DNA from: a virus
IMG/VR virus record: IMGVR_UViG_3300042868_011386
Coordinates: 1-64,000 of that record
Length of the DNA: 64,000 nt
Strand: one strand, 5' to 3'
Under the pieces are notes generated by a model, which worked only from the letters and a program-made list of their open reading frames with translations, made no database searches and had not been told where the DNA came from. The translations under genes and the position numbers were made by a program. Of the stretch, positions 44,582 to 56,100 are shown piece after piece. The stretch's first letter is position 1. Each line of letters starts with the position of its first letter.

Positions 44582-47122
44582 ATGCTCCTAAGTATAGCAA
44601 ATTCTCGTCCGCGTAATATGGAATCCATTGGGGTGGAGGGACTCTATCCGTCGTCTTTACGAGAGTCAGCATCCTCACTTATCGGGTTTATTGAACAATA
44701 CTATAATTATTTGAATAGTGTCGGACTCCCTTCAAACGAGATTGCAAACATCACTCGCGACAAAGACATTGATATTGTATCAAATAAATATTTGACTGAA
44801 ATACAAAGTCTTATTGCACGAAATATACCAAATAGTCGTGCAGTTGATAAGGTTACACTTTATCGAATTATTATACAGTATTATCGTACGCGTGGTTCAG
44901 AAGATAGTATACATACATTTTTTAAACTTTTCTTTGATGAAATTGTAGATATATTTTACCCGCGAAACTATTTGTTTGACCTGTCTGGTGGATCTGGAAA
45001 ATGGGCACCGCTTGATATACCTTCTCTCAGCGAGGTGTATACAAATCCAAATAAAGCTACATTAGAAATAATATCAGACTATAAAATAGGTCCATTTCCG
45101 TTTTCGGCAAAAGCACCATATGCAATAATTTTGCAGGCAATTAGCAGGAATGTATGGACTTATAATGGTATTACAAAGGAAGTTAATTTACCTTATGTTG
45201 AACGCATAAATATATCTTCACAAGGGCAACCTCCAGTATTTAGGTGGTTGTACAAATATGGAAATGAGTTTGAGTTGTATAGTACTAATGATACAACTTG
45301 GCCTGATGAAGCGCAATGGCAAACGATTTCTCGTAATATTGAAAATTCTACAATTGGTACTACTGGCATTTCTCTTCTTGAATCTCAATCATTTTCTTTT
45401 TTGGAAAATAACACACTTGTTTTACTAGAAAATGGACAAGAGAATGAGGTAGTAACTACAAAAAATATACAACATGACACTGTAGAAATAATACCAATAC
45501 TTCCAACATTTGAACCAGAATTAGTACTTGATGAAAGTATTACTGGTCAAAACTTTATTGATGAGTCTATACTAGCAAATGAAATAGTCAGTGAAAGAAT
45601 AATTATTCTTGGAGACGATGATATTGACATTTCGCTCTATGGCTTAACTACAGAAGAAGAAGAATATTTACTTATTGAAAGAGGAGGAGAGCCAAATACA
45701 AATGCTCTTGTAGTTGAAAGCGGGTCTCGTGATGAAAAATTTATTACTATTCTTGACAGCAAAAATATTGAATATTATCATCTATTTAGCATAGAAGCAT
45801 TTCCACGTTACACAACAAAAATTGGAGATCTTGTTCATTCACTCGAGGATGTTATAAATCCAACGATCAATGCGCAATTTTTACAATCAAAAGTTTATCG
45901 CTCTACGGATTTGGATCCAATATTATGGGTTGAAATTGACAAGAATATAGATGTTTGGAGTTATGCTGATAACAAGTCATTTGCCTCTGACTTATATAAG
46001 TTGCATGATGGCGAATATTGGCAAAAATATTCTTATCGCATACGCAGTATGCTTCCTCAAGAAGACTGGGTAAATGACTATTTACGATTTATGCATCCAG
46101 CTGGTTTAAAACTTTTTAGCGCAATACTGTATGAGTTTGTATCTCGTACTGCATGGAATAATACAATTGATTATATTGCAAAAAGACCACAAGACAGCTA
46201 TCTTTGGTTAAATGCGTATGAACCGCCAGTTGTTGGTTATCATACGCCTCGTTATCAGCCTGGATGGTTAACTGGAAACGAGCGTTTACTTACTATTATT
46301 CTAGAATATCTTAAGAGCAGTGGAAGCGAAGATGATTTTATCCGATTAATACGGCTTATCATCAAAATTTTTACACAAAGCACCAATCCGCGAAATAAAA
46401 ATATACACACTGAATATCAAAGATGGTTAAAATATCTTGATCCTAATGAACTTATAGCTGGGTATGCGGATAAAACAATTGATGAGGCAAACTCTCCATG
46501 GACAGACACCTCACGAGCTTTATTTAGTAATATTTCGTCATTTATCAGTTTTAAATTTAAAGATCCTTCTTATTATCCATGGTTCTATAGTGAGTTAATA
46601 CCACTAGATCCATCATATGAAGACACTGACGATAATTATAATGAAGCGACTATAAGTTCGTTTGATATAGAAATGACACCGTATAATAATAGCACGCTTG
46701 AAGATAGAGAGCCTCTAGTATATGGATATGTACTTGAGGCTCAAAATGATGATGACTTTATAACTGAAAACAGCAGTGGTAGGTTTATTACTGAAGGTCA
46801 ACCAGATATAAAAACAGTAATAAGTTTACTCTCTAATAAATCTACGGTAAAAGAAAACGAAACTGTACGTTTCTATGCATTGACAAAAAATATACCAGAA
46901 GGAACAACTCTTTACTGGAGTGTTTCACAACCAAATATCTATCCTCAGTCTGGTACAACAATTGTAAAAAATGAAGTAGCTGTTTTTAAAGCATTGCCTC
47001 TCATAAATTTTACAACTGGTGCACCTCAAACCTTTACCGCAACTCTTCGTCAGGGCGGTCCTGAAGGTCAAGTGCTCGTTAATAGTTTGCCGGTTACTGT
47101 AAATAATAATGTAGAGATATAG
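44582..47122 (+). CDS. Baseplate wedge protein gp7-like
   Basis: YYRTRGSEDS...FF, LHDGEYWQKYSY.I and HPAGLKLF motifs; Ig/Calx-like C-terminus. Confidence 0.75.
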   Translation: MLLSIANSRPRNMESIGVEGLYPSSLRESASSLIGFIEQYYNYLNSVGLPSNEIANITRDKDIDIVSNKYLTEIQSLIARNIPNSRAVDKVTLYRIIIQYYRTRGSEDSIHTFFKLFFDEIVDIFYPRNYLFDLSGGSGKWAPLDIPSLSEVYTNPNKATLEIISDYKIGPFPFSAKAPYAIILQAISRNVWTYNGITKEVNLPYVERINISSQGQPPVFRWLYKYGNEFELYSTNDTTWPDEAQWQTISRNIENSTIGTTGISLLESQSFSFLENNTLVLLENGQENEVVTTKNIQHDTVEIIPILPTFEPELVLDESITGQNFIDESILANEIVSERIIILGDDDIDISLYGLTTEEEEYLLIERGGEPNTNALVVESGSRDEKFITILDSKNIEYYHLFSIEAFPRYTTKIGDLVHSLEDVINPTINAQFLQSKVYRSTDLDPILWVEIDKNIDVWSYADNKSFASDLYKLHDGEYWQKYSYRIRSMLPQEDWVNDYLRFMHPAGLKLFSAILYEFVSRTAWNNTIDYIAKRPQDSYLWLNAYEPPVVGYHTPRYQPGWLTGNERLLTIILEYLKSSGSEDDFIRLIRLIIKIFTQSTNPRNKNIHTEYQRWLKYLDPNELIAGYADKTIDEANSPWTDTSRALFSNISSFISFKFKDPSYYPWFYSELIPLDPSYEDTDDNYNEATISSFDIEMTPYNNSTLEDREPLVYGYVLEAQNDDDFITENSSGRFITEGQPDIKTVISLLSNKSTVKENETVRFYALTKNIPEGTTLYWSVSQPNIYPQSGTTIVKNEVAVFKALPLINFTTGAPQTFTATLRQGGPEGQVLVNSLPVTVNNNVEI

Positions 47123-47216
47123 AGATACCAACATACTCAATAACATCAAACACAAATAGTTAATAGCGGTGAAAGTGTCTCACACACCTATTCATAAGAT
47201 AATATAAATATAGTAT

Positions 47217-48026
47217 ATGCCTGACGTAAAATTTTCACAACTTACCGCAATAACAGCAGCGCAGCCAGCTGATTATATACCAATTGTTGATGTTTCTAAT
47301 CAATTTATGTCAGAAAATGGAAGCAACGCAATTATAACTGTTGGTGATCTTACCTCTTCATTTTTTGATGGTTTAGGAGATGGTTCAATAAGCATTTCTA
47401 AACTAGAAGCAAACCCAACCTTTACTGGCAATGTAATATTGCCGAGTACAACTACTATTGGCAGTGTAAATAGTACAGAAATTGGTTTCTTGTCTGGTTT
47501 ACGAAACAACGTTCAATATCAACTTGATAACCCATACTTTAATAACGGCACTGTAATACTTGGTCCTGGTATGGCTTCATCGGCTCCTCTAAAAATTAGT
47601 CCTGGTACTAATACAACAACGCTAACTTCTGGCAACATAGAATTTGACGGAACAAAGTTGTATGTTACAAATAGCACACCTACGCGTCAAGCACTTGCTA
47701 CAGAATCGTTTGTCACTGTGGCCAATTTACATGTTGTAGTTAACACCTCTGCGTCAACGCTCACTATAACTCAAGCCGATAACAATGAGTATATACGATG
47801 CTCTGCGGCAGGCGGTACTGCAATAACACTGGATGGATCTGGTGCATGGACAGTAGGCATGACAGTGACACTTCGACGTACTACCAGTGCTGGTGCATTA
47901 ACATTAACTACTTCAAATGCAACAATAAATGACAATGATATTGCAAATGTTTTAGGCGGAGACACATTTGCATTAAAATGTGTTGATGTTACCAGTCCTA
48001 CAAATAAGGTATTTGATTTTATTTAA
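47217..48026 (+). CDS. Short tail fibre-like protein
   Basis: VKFSQL N-terminal module and PTFTG motif; TATAAATA at 47203-47210. Confidence 0.65.
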   Translation: MPDVKFSQLTAITAAQPADYIPIVDVSNQFMSENGSNAIITVGDLTSSFFDGLGDGSISISKLEANPTFTGNVILPSTTTIGSVNSTEIGFLSGLRNNVQYQLDNPYFNNGTVILGPGMASSAPLKISPGTNTTTLTSGNIEFDGTKLYVTNSTPTRQALATESFVTVANLHVVVNTSASTLTITQADNNEYIRCSAAGGTAITLDGSGAWTVGMTVTLRRTTSAGALTLTTSNATINDNDIANVLGGDTFALKCVDVTSPTNKVFDFI

Positions 48027-48029
48027 TAT

Positions 48030-48143
48030 ATGTTATTATCTACATTAAAAAGGAAACGTCGTCGTCGCGGTAATAACGGTAATAGTGGTAGTAATGGTAA
48101 TCAAATTATCCATACTACTACTACTACTACTACTTTTGATTAA
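48030..48143 (+). CDS. 37-aa low-complexity ORF (MLLSTLKRKRRRRGNNG...T7FD)
   Basis: Fills the gap between fibre genes; built from trinucleotide runs. Confidence 0.35.
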   Translation: MLLSTLKRKRRRRGNNGNSGSNGNQIIHTTTTTTTFD

Positions 48144-48167
48144 TGTGTGTCGTATAAATAATAGCAT

Positions 48168-49502
48168 ATGGCTACAGTAAAAATTTCAGAGTTGACACCA
48201 TTAAACAGCGCTTCAGTGACTGCTGGTGATCTTTTACATATTATCAATATAGAAGAAACAACAGAAAATTATCCAACTGGTACAAATAAAAGAATTACAG
48301 CACAAAATCTTGCAAATGGTCTCGCCGGCCTAGCCACAGTAATTCCACAAACAATACAAACTGCTTTAGACAACAAAGTATCACTTGAAAATTTTAATAA
48401 TGCAAGTTTAAAAATTGCCGCTCCAGTAGCAGCTGCGACCACTACAGATATAGATCTAGCAAGTACACTAAATACAGTTCTTATTGATGGTGTACAACTT
48501 TTAGTAAATGACCGAGTGCTTGTAAAAAATCAAAATGATAATAGATTTAATGGCATCTATGTAGTAAACTCGGGAGTGCCTACTCGTGCAACAGACTTTG
48601 ACACACTAACCGAAATTAATAATGGCTATGTGCTTGTAAATGGCGGAGACACTCAAAAAGGCAGCGCGTGGGCAGTAACGTCTACTATAGCAGTTGTCAA
48701 CACTGATCCAATTGTATTTACTCAATTTGCTGCTGCAGTTACAAATATCAATAAGGCTTCTATAGGACTTGGACAAGTTAACGATACGAGTGACCTCAAT
48801 AAGCCGCTGTCTACTGCAACAACTGCTGCGCTTGCCCTTAAACAAGGCACAATTACTGGAGCAGCATCAACAATAACGACAAACTATCTTGCTATTGACC
48901 GTGCATTAATTTCAAATGACACTGGCACAGTAGCTGTAAGCGCAATAACAAGCACAGAATTAGGCCGATTAACTGGTGTTAGTAGTAATATTCAAAATCA
49001 GTTGAATGCAAAGGCACCAATCAATAACCCAACATTTACTGGTACCGTTAACTTACCAAGTGGCACAAAAATTGATGGTACTTCTGTAGATCTTATTCCT
49101 GCAGGCGCGATTATGGCTTTTGCAATGAATAGCGCGCCAAGTGGCTGGTTAGCTTGTAATGGTAGCACTATAAATCGAGTAACTTATGCTAGACTATTTG
49201 ATGCAATTAGCACATTATACGGGGCTGGCAACGGGACTTCAACCTTTAGATTGCCAGATCTTCGCGGCTATTTTGTACGTGGTTATGGAGAAGATGAAGG
49301 ATCTGGCGCTTTTGGAGCAAAACAAGCTGACGCGTTTAAGGCTCACACACACAATACTATACAAACCATTGACCAAGGCGGTGGATTTGATGCGGGAGCA
49401 GGCAGACCTAGATATGGTGGAAGCGCAACAGCATCAAGTAGCACAGGCGGATCAGAAACCCGTCCAAAAAACATCGCAATGCTCTATTGCATCAAAATAT
49501 AA
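48168..49502 (+). CDS. Tail fibre with tail-collar domain
   Basis: DRVLVKNQ..NGIY; P.GWL.CNG..Y..LF.AI...YG.G.G.STF.LPDLRG.F.RG; ETRP.NIA. Confidence 0.85.
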   Translation: MATVKISELTPLNSASVTAGDLLHIINIEETTENYPTGTNKRITAQNLANGLAGLATVIPQTIQTALDNKVSLENFNNASLKIAAPVAAATTTDIDLASTLNTVLIDGVQLLVNDRVLVKNQNDNRFNGIYVVNSGVPTRATDFDTLTEINNGYVLVNGGDTQKGSAWAVTSTIAVVNTDPIVFTQFAAAVTNINKASIGLGQVNDTSDLNKPLSTATTAALALKQGTITGAASTITTNYLAIDRALISNDTGTVAVSAITSTELGRLTGVSSNIQNQLNAKAPINNPTFTGTVNLPSGTKIDGTSVDLIPAGAIMAFAMNSAPSGWLACNGSTINRVTYARLFDAISTLYGAGNGTSTFRLPDLRGYFVRGYGEDEGSGAFGAKQADAFKAHTHNTIQTIDQGGGFDAGAGRPRYGGSATASSSTGGSETRPKNIAMLYCIKI

Positions 49503-49518
49503 TAATTAAAAAATAGCT

Positions 49519-51630
49519 ATGCCATTTAAAATTTCAGACCTTACTTCAGTCGACACAATAGGCGTCAATGATCTTATACCAATTATTGCCGTTGATGATG
49601 GCACAATGGGAAGCACCGGCACAAACAGACGAATAGCTGCTGGGCTTGCGGCAAACCAAATTGCTGGATTAATTACGGTCGTTCCATCTATTGTTGTGAC
49701 TGCCTTGTCAACAAAAGCAAACATTGACAGTCCTACTTTTACTGGAAGTGTTACATTGCCATCTACAACTGCTATTGGTCCAGTAACCGGCGTGGAAATT
49801 GGTCGTCTTAGTGGAATTACCAGTAACATTCAAACTCAACTAGATGGTAAAATATCAGCAATTGGTTCATCTTTTAGTGGCACTCCCACATTTTCAAATT
49901 CTTCAGCTAATTCATTAACAGCTGGGGCATTACACTGTAATGCGTCTACGGGTGCAATACTCATTGACAATGGCGGCCATAAACGAATTTCATGGAATGA
50001 TGGCGGACCTGGCGACTTTAATATTCGTGCTGGGCATTATAGAACTTCAACTGACGCAGTATTTGCAAAGGCACCAGCTGACACCAATGGCGGTGCTGCA
50101 CGAATAACATTAAACACTGATGTTGCAGATGGTACAATTACATTAAGTACAGCAGCAATTGGGACGCCCGGAACAACAGTAAGTTGGGCAAATAACTTTG
50201 CGTTAAACAAAGACTATGCCTATACTGATAAAAAGTTTGGAATTGGTTTAAGCACAACTCCTGCTGCATTTTTACATATTAATGCTGGGTCATTAGGTGC
50301 AACAGCAAACTCGGAAGTTGAAATTTGTAGACTCTCTACAACTAATGCTAATGGCTCTAACCTAATAGTATCAACAAAACGAAACGCCGCTGGCGCTGAT
50401 TGGACGACTGCTTCGACTCGCATAACACAACGCACAGACACCACTAATCAAGGTTATATTGAATTTAATCCTTCAAGTGTTACCGCTGGTTTGGCACTTG
50501 GATCTGGTGCTAACCAAGCAATTGTAATTGATAGTACTGGCAAAGTTGGTATTGGTAAAAACAACCCAGCGACTGCACTTGATGTCAATGGCACAGTTAC
50601 AGCAACAACATTTAGTGGGTCATTTTCTGGGTCTATTACTGGAAACTCAGCTACATCTACACTTGCGGCAAAAGCAAGTACGCTTGCATCTGGTGGCGGA
50701 AATGGTAGTGGAATGACTTTCAACTGGACTCCTGGTACAGGCACTCAACCAACTTGGTTGTGGGGTGGAAATGACGCCACCAATATGTATGTCTATAATC
50801 CAAGTAACTTTAGCGTAGCTTATGCAGCAAGTGCAGGAGTTGCAAACAGATTAGCTGAATCATACAGTTTAAAAAGTGGAGCTTTAGACATGCGTAGTAC
50901 TTGGGATAATCGTGGCACTGTATCATGGTCTAGAAATTTAGTTGGTCAGTATTACGAATATACGTTAAATTATTCAGCTAGTAATGCCACTCTAAAATCT
51001 GCATGTGAAAGAATAGAGGTTGATCACTGGGTACCGGTGTATATACCAAACTTTTTATATAGTGGTGCATATAAAGTTATAGCTAACAATACCGTAAACA
51101 AAACATTAACATTTAGAGTTAAACATACAAGTTTATTAACTGGATGGAGTACACCAAATGTTGGAACTGGCAACAGCGGCACTGGTCTAACACCATTTGG
51201 CATAATTGCAGATCCATGGAATCGTTTTGTAGTAATGCATTCTACATTAGTATCTGATACTGCAAATGCTGGCTTTCTTAGATCAGATAATGATGGTATG
51301 TTATGCTTTATAAATTTAAAAACTGGAAGTCAATTACCTCAAGGCTTTGGTGTCGATCGTGCTCGTTTGAATATTAAATCTCATTATGGTGATTTTGGCA
51401 CAACTGTCTATTATACTGGATTATTGCCAACTACAGCTCGTCAATTAGACTATTTTAATGGAAGTACAAATCGTTCTAGAGGAGATGGAGAATGGTTTAA
51501 TACTGACTATGCAACTGCAAATACGCACGATAATTATGTTTTTACCGATAAAACTATACCTATCGGCATTAGTACTGCTCCTCGCTATACTCATTTTGAA
51601 GTTGAGTATATTACTATTCCATATCCATAA
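49519..51630 (+). CDS. Tail fibre protein
   Basis: FKISDL N-terminal module; GKVGIG..NP...LDVNG. Confidence 0.75.
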   Translation: MPFKISDLTSVDTIGVNDLIPIIAVDDGTMGSTGTNRRIAAGLAANQIAGLITVVPSIVVTALSTKANIDSPTFTGSVTLPSTTAIGPVTGVEIGRLSGITSNIQTQLDGKISAIGSSFSGTPTFSNSSANSLTAGALHCNASTGAILIDNGGHKRISWNDGGPGDFNIRAGHYRTSTDAVFAKAPADTNGGAARITLNTDVADGTITLSTAAIGTPGTTVSWANNFALNKDYAYTDKKFGIGLSTTPAAFLHINAGSLGATANSEVEICRLSTTNANGSNLIVSTKRNAAGADWTTASTRITQRTDTTNQGYIEFNPSSVTAGLALGSGANQAIVIDSTGKVGIGKNNPATALDVNGTVTATTFSGSFSGSITGNSATSTLAAKASTLASGGGNGSGMTFNWTPGTGTQPTWLWGGNDATNMYVYNPSNFSVAYAASAGVANRLAESYSLKSGALDMRSTWDNRGTVSWSRNLVGQYYEYTLNYSASNATLKSACERIEVDHWVPVYIPNFLYSGAYKVIANNTVNKTLTFRVKHTSLLTGWSTPNVGTGNSGTGLTPFGIIADPWNRFVVMHSTLVSDTANAGFLRSDNDGMLCFINLKTGSQLPQGFGVDRARLNIKSHYGDFGTTVYYTGLLPTTARQLDYFNGSTNRSRGDGEWFNTDYATANTHDNYVFTDKTIPIGISTAPRYTHFEVEYITIPYP

Positions 51631-51716
51631 TTGATATGTTCTGACGAATATATCATAATAAGATGTTTAAATATTTAGGACAAAAAATTTTATAAATACA
51701 TTAAATAAAACACAGT

Positions 51717-53105
51717 ATGGCAGCAATCGTAACAGACTCTTTTCGTAGAAACAACGCAAAATTCTTTTTAGACAGTATATCGTCTAATAGTACAAACTAT
51801 TATGTCGGTCTTGGAAAATCTGATAAATGGACGCTTGACGAAGAATCATTGCAGCCAGGAGACATTCCAATTTCTTATGGAACCGAGGGCGAAAACAACG
51901 ACATAAAATCAAATCTTGTTACGTTGCTTAAGATTAATAACACAAATGCTGAATGCGTAATTCCTCATATAAAATGGAAAGTAGGAGCACGCTACAAAGC
52001 ATACAGCCCATATGATCCAGATTGCTTTTATCCAAGTGTTCTTGAAGGAGGAATAGAAATTAATCCTTGCTATGCAGTTATAAGTGGACGTATTTATCTT
52101 TGTTTAAAGGCTGGACAAGAAGGCACTGCTGGAATACCGGTAGCAACTGACTATCGCGCAACAACTGTTGGTGGTGATGGTTATGTTTGGATACTAATTG
52201 ATAATATATCAACTGCCCTATCAAAGTTGCTTACTGACCAATTTATCAATATAACTTCAGGCACAGCACCGACTACAGTTGCACCAATAATTCAATCAGA
52301 CGGTGGAGGATTACTTTATGGCTTTAGTGTATTATCTGGTGGCACTGGTTATGGTTCATTAAATGAAGTTACATTTGTAGCACGCTACTCAAATGACACT
52401 ACTGCTGAGATTGATTGCCCAGCTATTGCAGACGCAAACACTGGTGTACTTAAGAGTGTATTATTACCATCAAATTGGTCATACACTGATACTGAATCAA
52501 AACGCATAGTTGATGGATATTTTAAAATTGTTTCAACAGGTAGTGGTGCAGTTATAGTTCCTCATATTGCCCCATTGCGTGGCTTTGGTTATGAACCATC
52601 AGCAACGTTACCATCATGGTTTGTTGGAATTGCGGTTGACGCTGCAGATGATATATCTAGTGACGGTTTTTATATTCCATATCGTCAAATTTCAATTATA
52701 AAAGACGTTGAATATTCAGAAAGTGCCAGTCCTGATACATTAAGCGCAGCGCGTTATTTGACATTAAATTCTTCTCCAAATTCTGCAATAACAGTAGGTG
52801 ATATTTTGAAAATAACAGCTGCTGGTACTGAAGTGTATGCATATGCTGATATATACAAAGCAATAAATATCAACGGGAACATTTCTCATCGGTTATATTT
52901 TCACCAAAATTCGACAACTGGTTATGGAGTTATTCCAAGTTCTGGTACTGTAACTGATTCTAAGGGAACATCTGTGACATATAATTCGGTAAATAACAGC
53001 GAATATACGCCTCGTACCGGCGAAGTAATATTTACCGAAAATCGTAAGCCAATCAACCGTCAAAGCGGTCAAACTGAAGAAATTAAGATTATTATACAAT
53101 TCTAA
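51717..53105 (+). CDS. gp8: Baseplate wedge protein gp8
   Basis: MAAIVTD.FR, Y.CL, DGYVW, YRQI and ENR.PI.R...Q.EEIKIIIQF motifs. Confidence 0.88.
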   Translation: MAAIVTDSFRRNNAKFFLDSISSNSTNYYVGLGKSDKWTLDEESLQPGDIPISYGTEGENNDIKSNLVTLLKINNTNAECVIPHIKWKVGARYKAYSPYDPDCFYPSVLEGGIEINPCYAVISGRIYLCLKAGQEGTAGIPVATDYRATTVGGDGYVWILIDNISTALSKLLTDQFINITSGTAPTTVAPIIQSDGGGLLYGFSVLSGGTGYGSLNEVTFVARYSNDTTAEIDCPAIADANTGVLKSVLLPSNWSYTDTESKRIVDGYFKIVSTGSGAVIVPHIAPLRGFGYEPSATLPSWFVGIAVDAADDISSDGFYIPYRQISIIKDVEYSESASPDTLSAARYLTLNSSPNSAITVGDILKITAAGTEVYAYADIYKAININGNISHRLYFHQNSTTGYGVIPSSGTVTDSKGTSVTYNSVNNSEYTPRTGEVIFTENRKPINRQSGQTEEIKIIIQF

Positions 53106-56100
53106 TGTCCATTACATCATACAACACGACCTATCATGATGACTATATTTCATCTGGAAACAGCGATAAAAATTATCTGCGAGTATTATTTAAGCCTGGT
53201 TATAGTGTACAAGTAAGGGAACTAAATCAGCTACAATCTGCGCTACAAGACCAAATAAATCGCTTGGGTAGCAGCGTATGGAAAGCCGATACTGCAGTAG
53301 TTGGCGGTGGCACTTCATTTTTACCAGAGTTGCATTCATTAACAGTTGATCTCTCAACTGGTGTGTCCAATGTTGCTGGGTCTAGTCTTACCTATGACCA
53401 AATTGCTGAAATTGCAAAGACAATTACATATGTTGGCACCGAATTACGCGGAGAGATTATTGGTTATCGTAAAGAAGAGGGCACGGACTATACATTTTAT
53501 TTTAAGTATATAACCAGTGGCGCAGGCGGTCAAACTACTTTTGACGGTGAAATTCCAAATGGTTTTAAACTTATATTGCGTTCAAGTAACTCTACTCTTT
53601 CTGAGAGCGAATTGCCAGTAATAAATGGTCTTACCTATGTCAATGATGGTTTTGCATCAGGACTTGTCTGTGAAGAAGGGGTGTTTTATACAAAGGGGTC
53701 TTTTGTTGCGGTGCCTCGTCAAACATATTTTATCGACAAAGCTGAACTTGACACTCCACTTACTGGATATGCAGTATTAAAAATTGACGAAGAGATTATA
53801 TCATATTTTGATGACCCTAGTTTGCTTGACAATGCAAATGGCACGCCAAACTACAGCGCGCCCGGAGCTGACCGATATACAATTGACCTGACCCTAAATT
53901 GGATTTCTGGAGAAGACTATGCAAGCAGCACAAATTCTTATATAAAGTTACTTGTAATAAATGCATCTCGTCCAGTTGAAATTGTTGAAACTGCCGAATA
54001 TGCTGAAATAGTTGACATACTTGCAAAACGCACAAGTGAAGAGTCTGGAAACTATACAGTAAATCCATTTACAATTGGTACTCGTGAAACGTTTGATGGC
54101 GACAATCTACCAGCTGACTGCATTGTAGTTGGACGCCGCTATCGTATTCAAGATCTTGGTAGCACAATTGCTCCACTTACTGATTGGGTAGGTTTGGGCG
54201 CAACTTCTCCTGCAGTTGTAGGTTCCGAATTTGTTGCAATTAAACCCCCTGGAGACGGCTCTGGAGACACCGCAAATGTAAATGGAGGACGAGTAAGTGA
54301 ACTTGCCTATATTCATGGCTCTTATCGTGCTGACGAATTAGACCAAATTGGTTATGATCTTTCTACAACAATTAAGAAACGTGAAGCAATTGAAAACGCA
54401 CGAGAACAATATACAGTTACACTTGACCCGTCTGTCGCATATGTTGACGGTTATCGTGTAGCACTTGATAAAAGTTTAAACCTTACCTCTAAAAAGGCTC
54501 GTGAGCAATCAGAGGTTCGCATAAATACAAGCGCAAACATTGGCAGTTATTTTATTGGTAATATACAAAAAGCAAACACCACCAATTCAACCTTTCCATC
54601 AGTATCAACTATAAATACTCTTTACAACCTCTATGCATATGCCAATGGTGCACCAGACAATAGTACATCTGGTGGTGTCATTATAGGCACATGTCGTATA
54701 CGTGCATTTGAACCTACTGGCGGAGGCAGTACAGAGTTTCGTTGTTATGTGTATGATATAGTTTTTAATAACCCAACTACGACTCCACCAGATTGGGCAA
54801 ATCGTAGATTTGATAACATTGATCAAATTGTTGGTTCAAGCTTTATGTTTAATGTTAAGGCGTCATATGCACTTTTAGAAAGCACCTCTAATACAGCACT
54901 TTTTCAACTGCCATATCCTCGTGCAACAGCGATGCGCGAAATAACATTATACGCTCAAAGACAATTTACTGGTACTACTAATGGAACAATTGTACTATCA
55001 GTTGATGGTGGTCGTACATTTACAGACACAAGCAACGTGTCCTTAATTGTAAATGGAGATATAAAGGTCCAGGGGACACATTACAATGCTGCATTATCAA
55101 GTGATGCATTAACGCTAACACTAACCCCAATAAGTAACGACTGGACAACTGGTCAACCATACTCTGTTCTTGTAAAAATTGCTGTCAGCAATGCTGGAAG
55201 TATTGCGCGCGTTACAAAGAGTCGTGCAATTGCAGAGGACCTTGCTATTACTCCTGCGTCAGGCGGTGCAAATAAAATATACACTCTTATAAACACCGAC
55301 ATTATACGAATAACAGAAGTAAAGACTACATCAGGAATAATTATTACTGATCTTTTCACACTCATTGACGATGGTCAACGAGACGCGATATACACAAATG
55401 GAAGAGTTCAATATACCGGCGCTTCAACAATAAGTGAAAATTTTTCCATTAAATATGAATATTATAGTCGACTTGGTGGAGTCACTGGTCGTGACCTTGT
55501 AATGTACAATGTTGACTCATATCGTCAAAATAATAATAGCATTGGTACTGCATATGATGACATACCATCATATAAAGGATTAAAACTTTCTGATGCATTA
55601 GACTTTAGACAAGATATACTATACAGCGTCGATGGCGGTATCGTTGGTTCTATTATAGCAAATGGAAATAAGAGTCAAATTGATCCAAACACACCAGTAT
55701 CATCATATACCACATTTTATTTACCGCGAATAGATGCTGTCACTGTAAACTCAAATAATGAGTTTACAATTATAAATGGTCTATCATCATTGACTCCTGT
55801 TGAGCCAACTGTGCCTAAAAATGCAATGACATTGTATACCTTAAATGTGCCGGCATACACACAAAATGTGTCTGACATAGTCAAGGTTTATATTGATAAT
55901 CGTCGCTATACAATGCGCGATATTGGAGCAATTGAAAAACGCATTAGTAATATAGAATATTATACTTCGCTTTCACTTCTTGAACGCTCTGCTGCCGATA
56001 AGAGTATATTTGACGACGCAGGTGAACGTTTTAAAAATGGCATACTTGTTGATAATTTTATTGGTCATGGTGTTGGAGACGTATTTGATCCAGCCTATAG

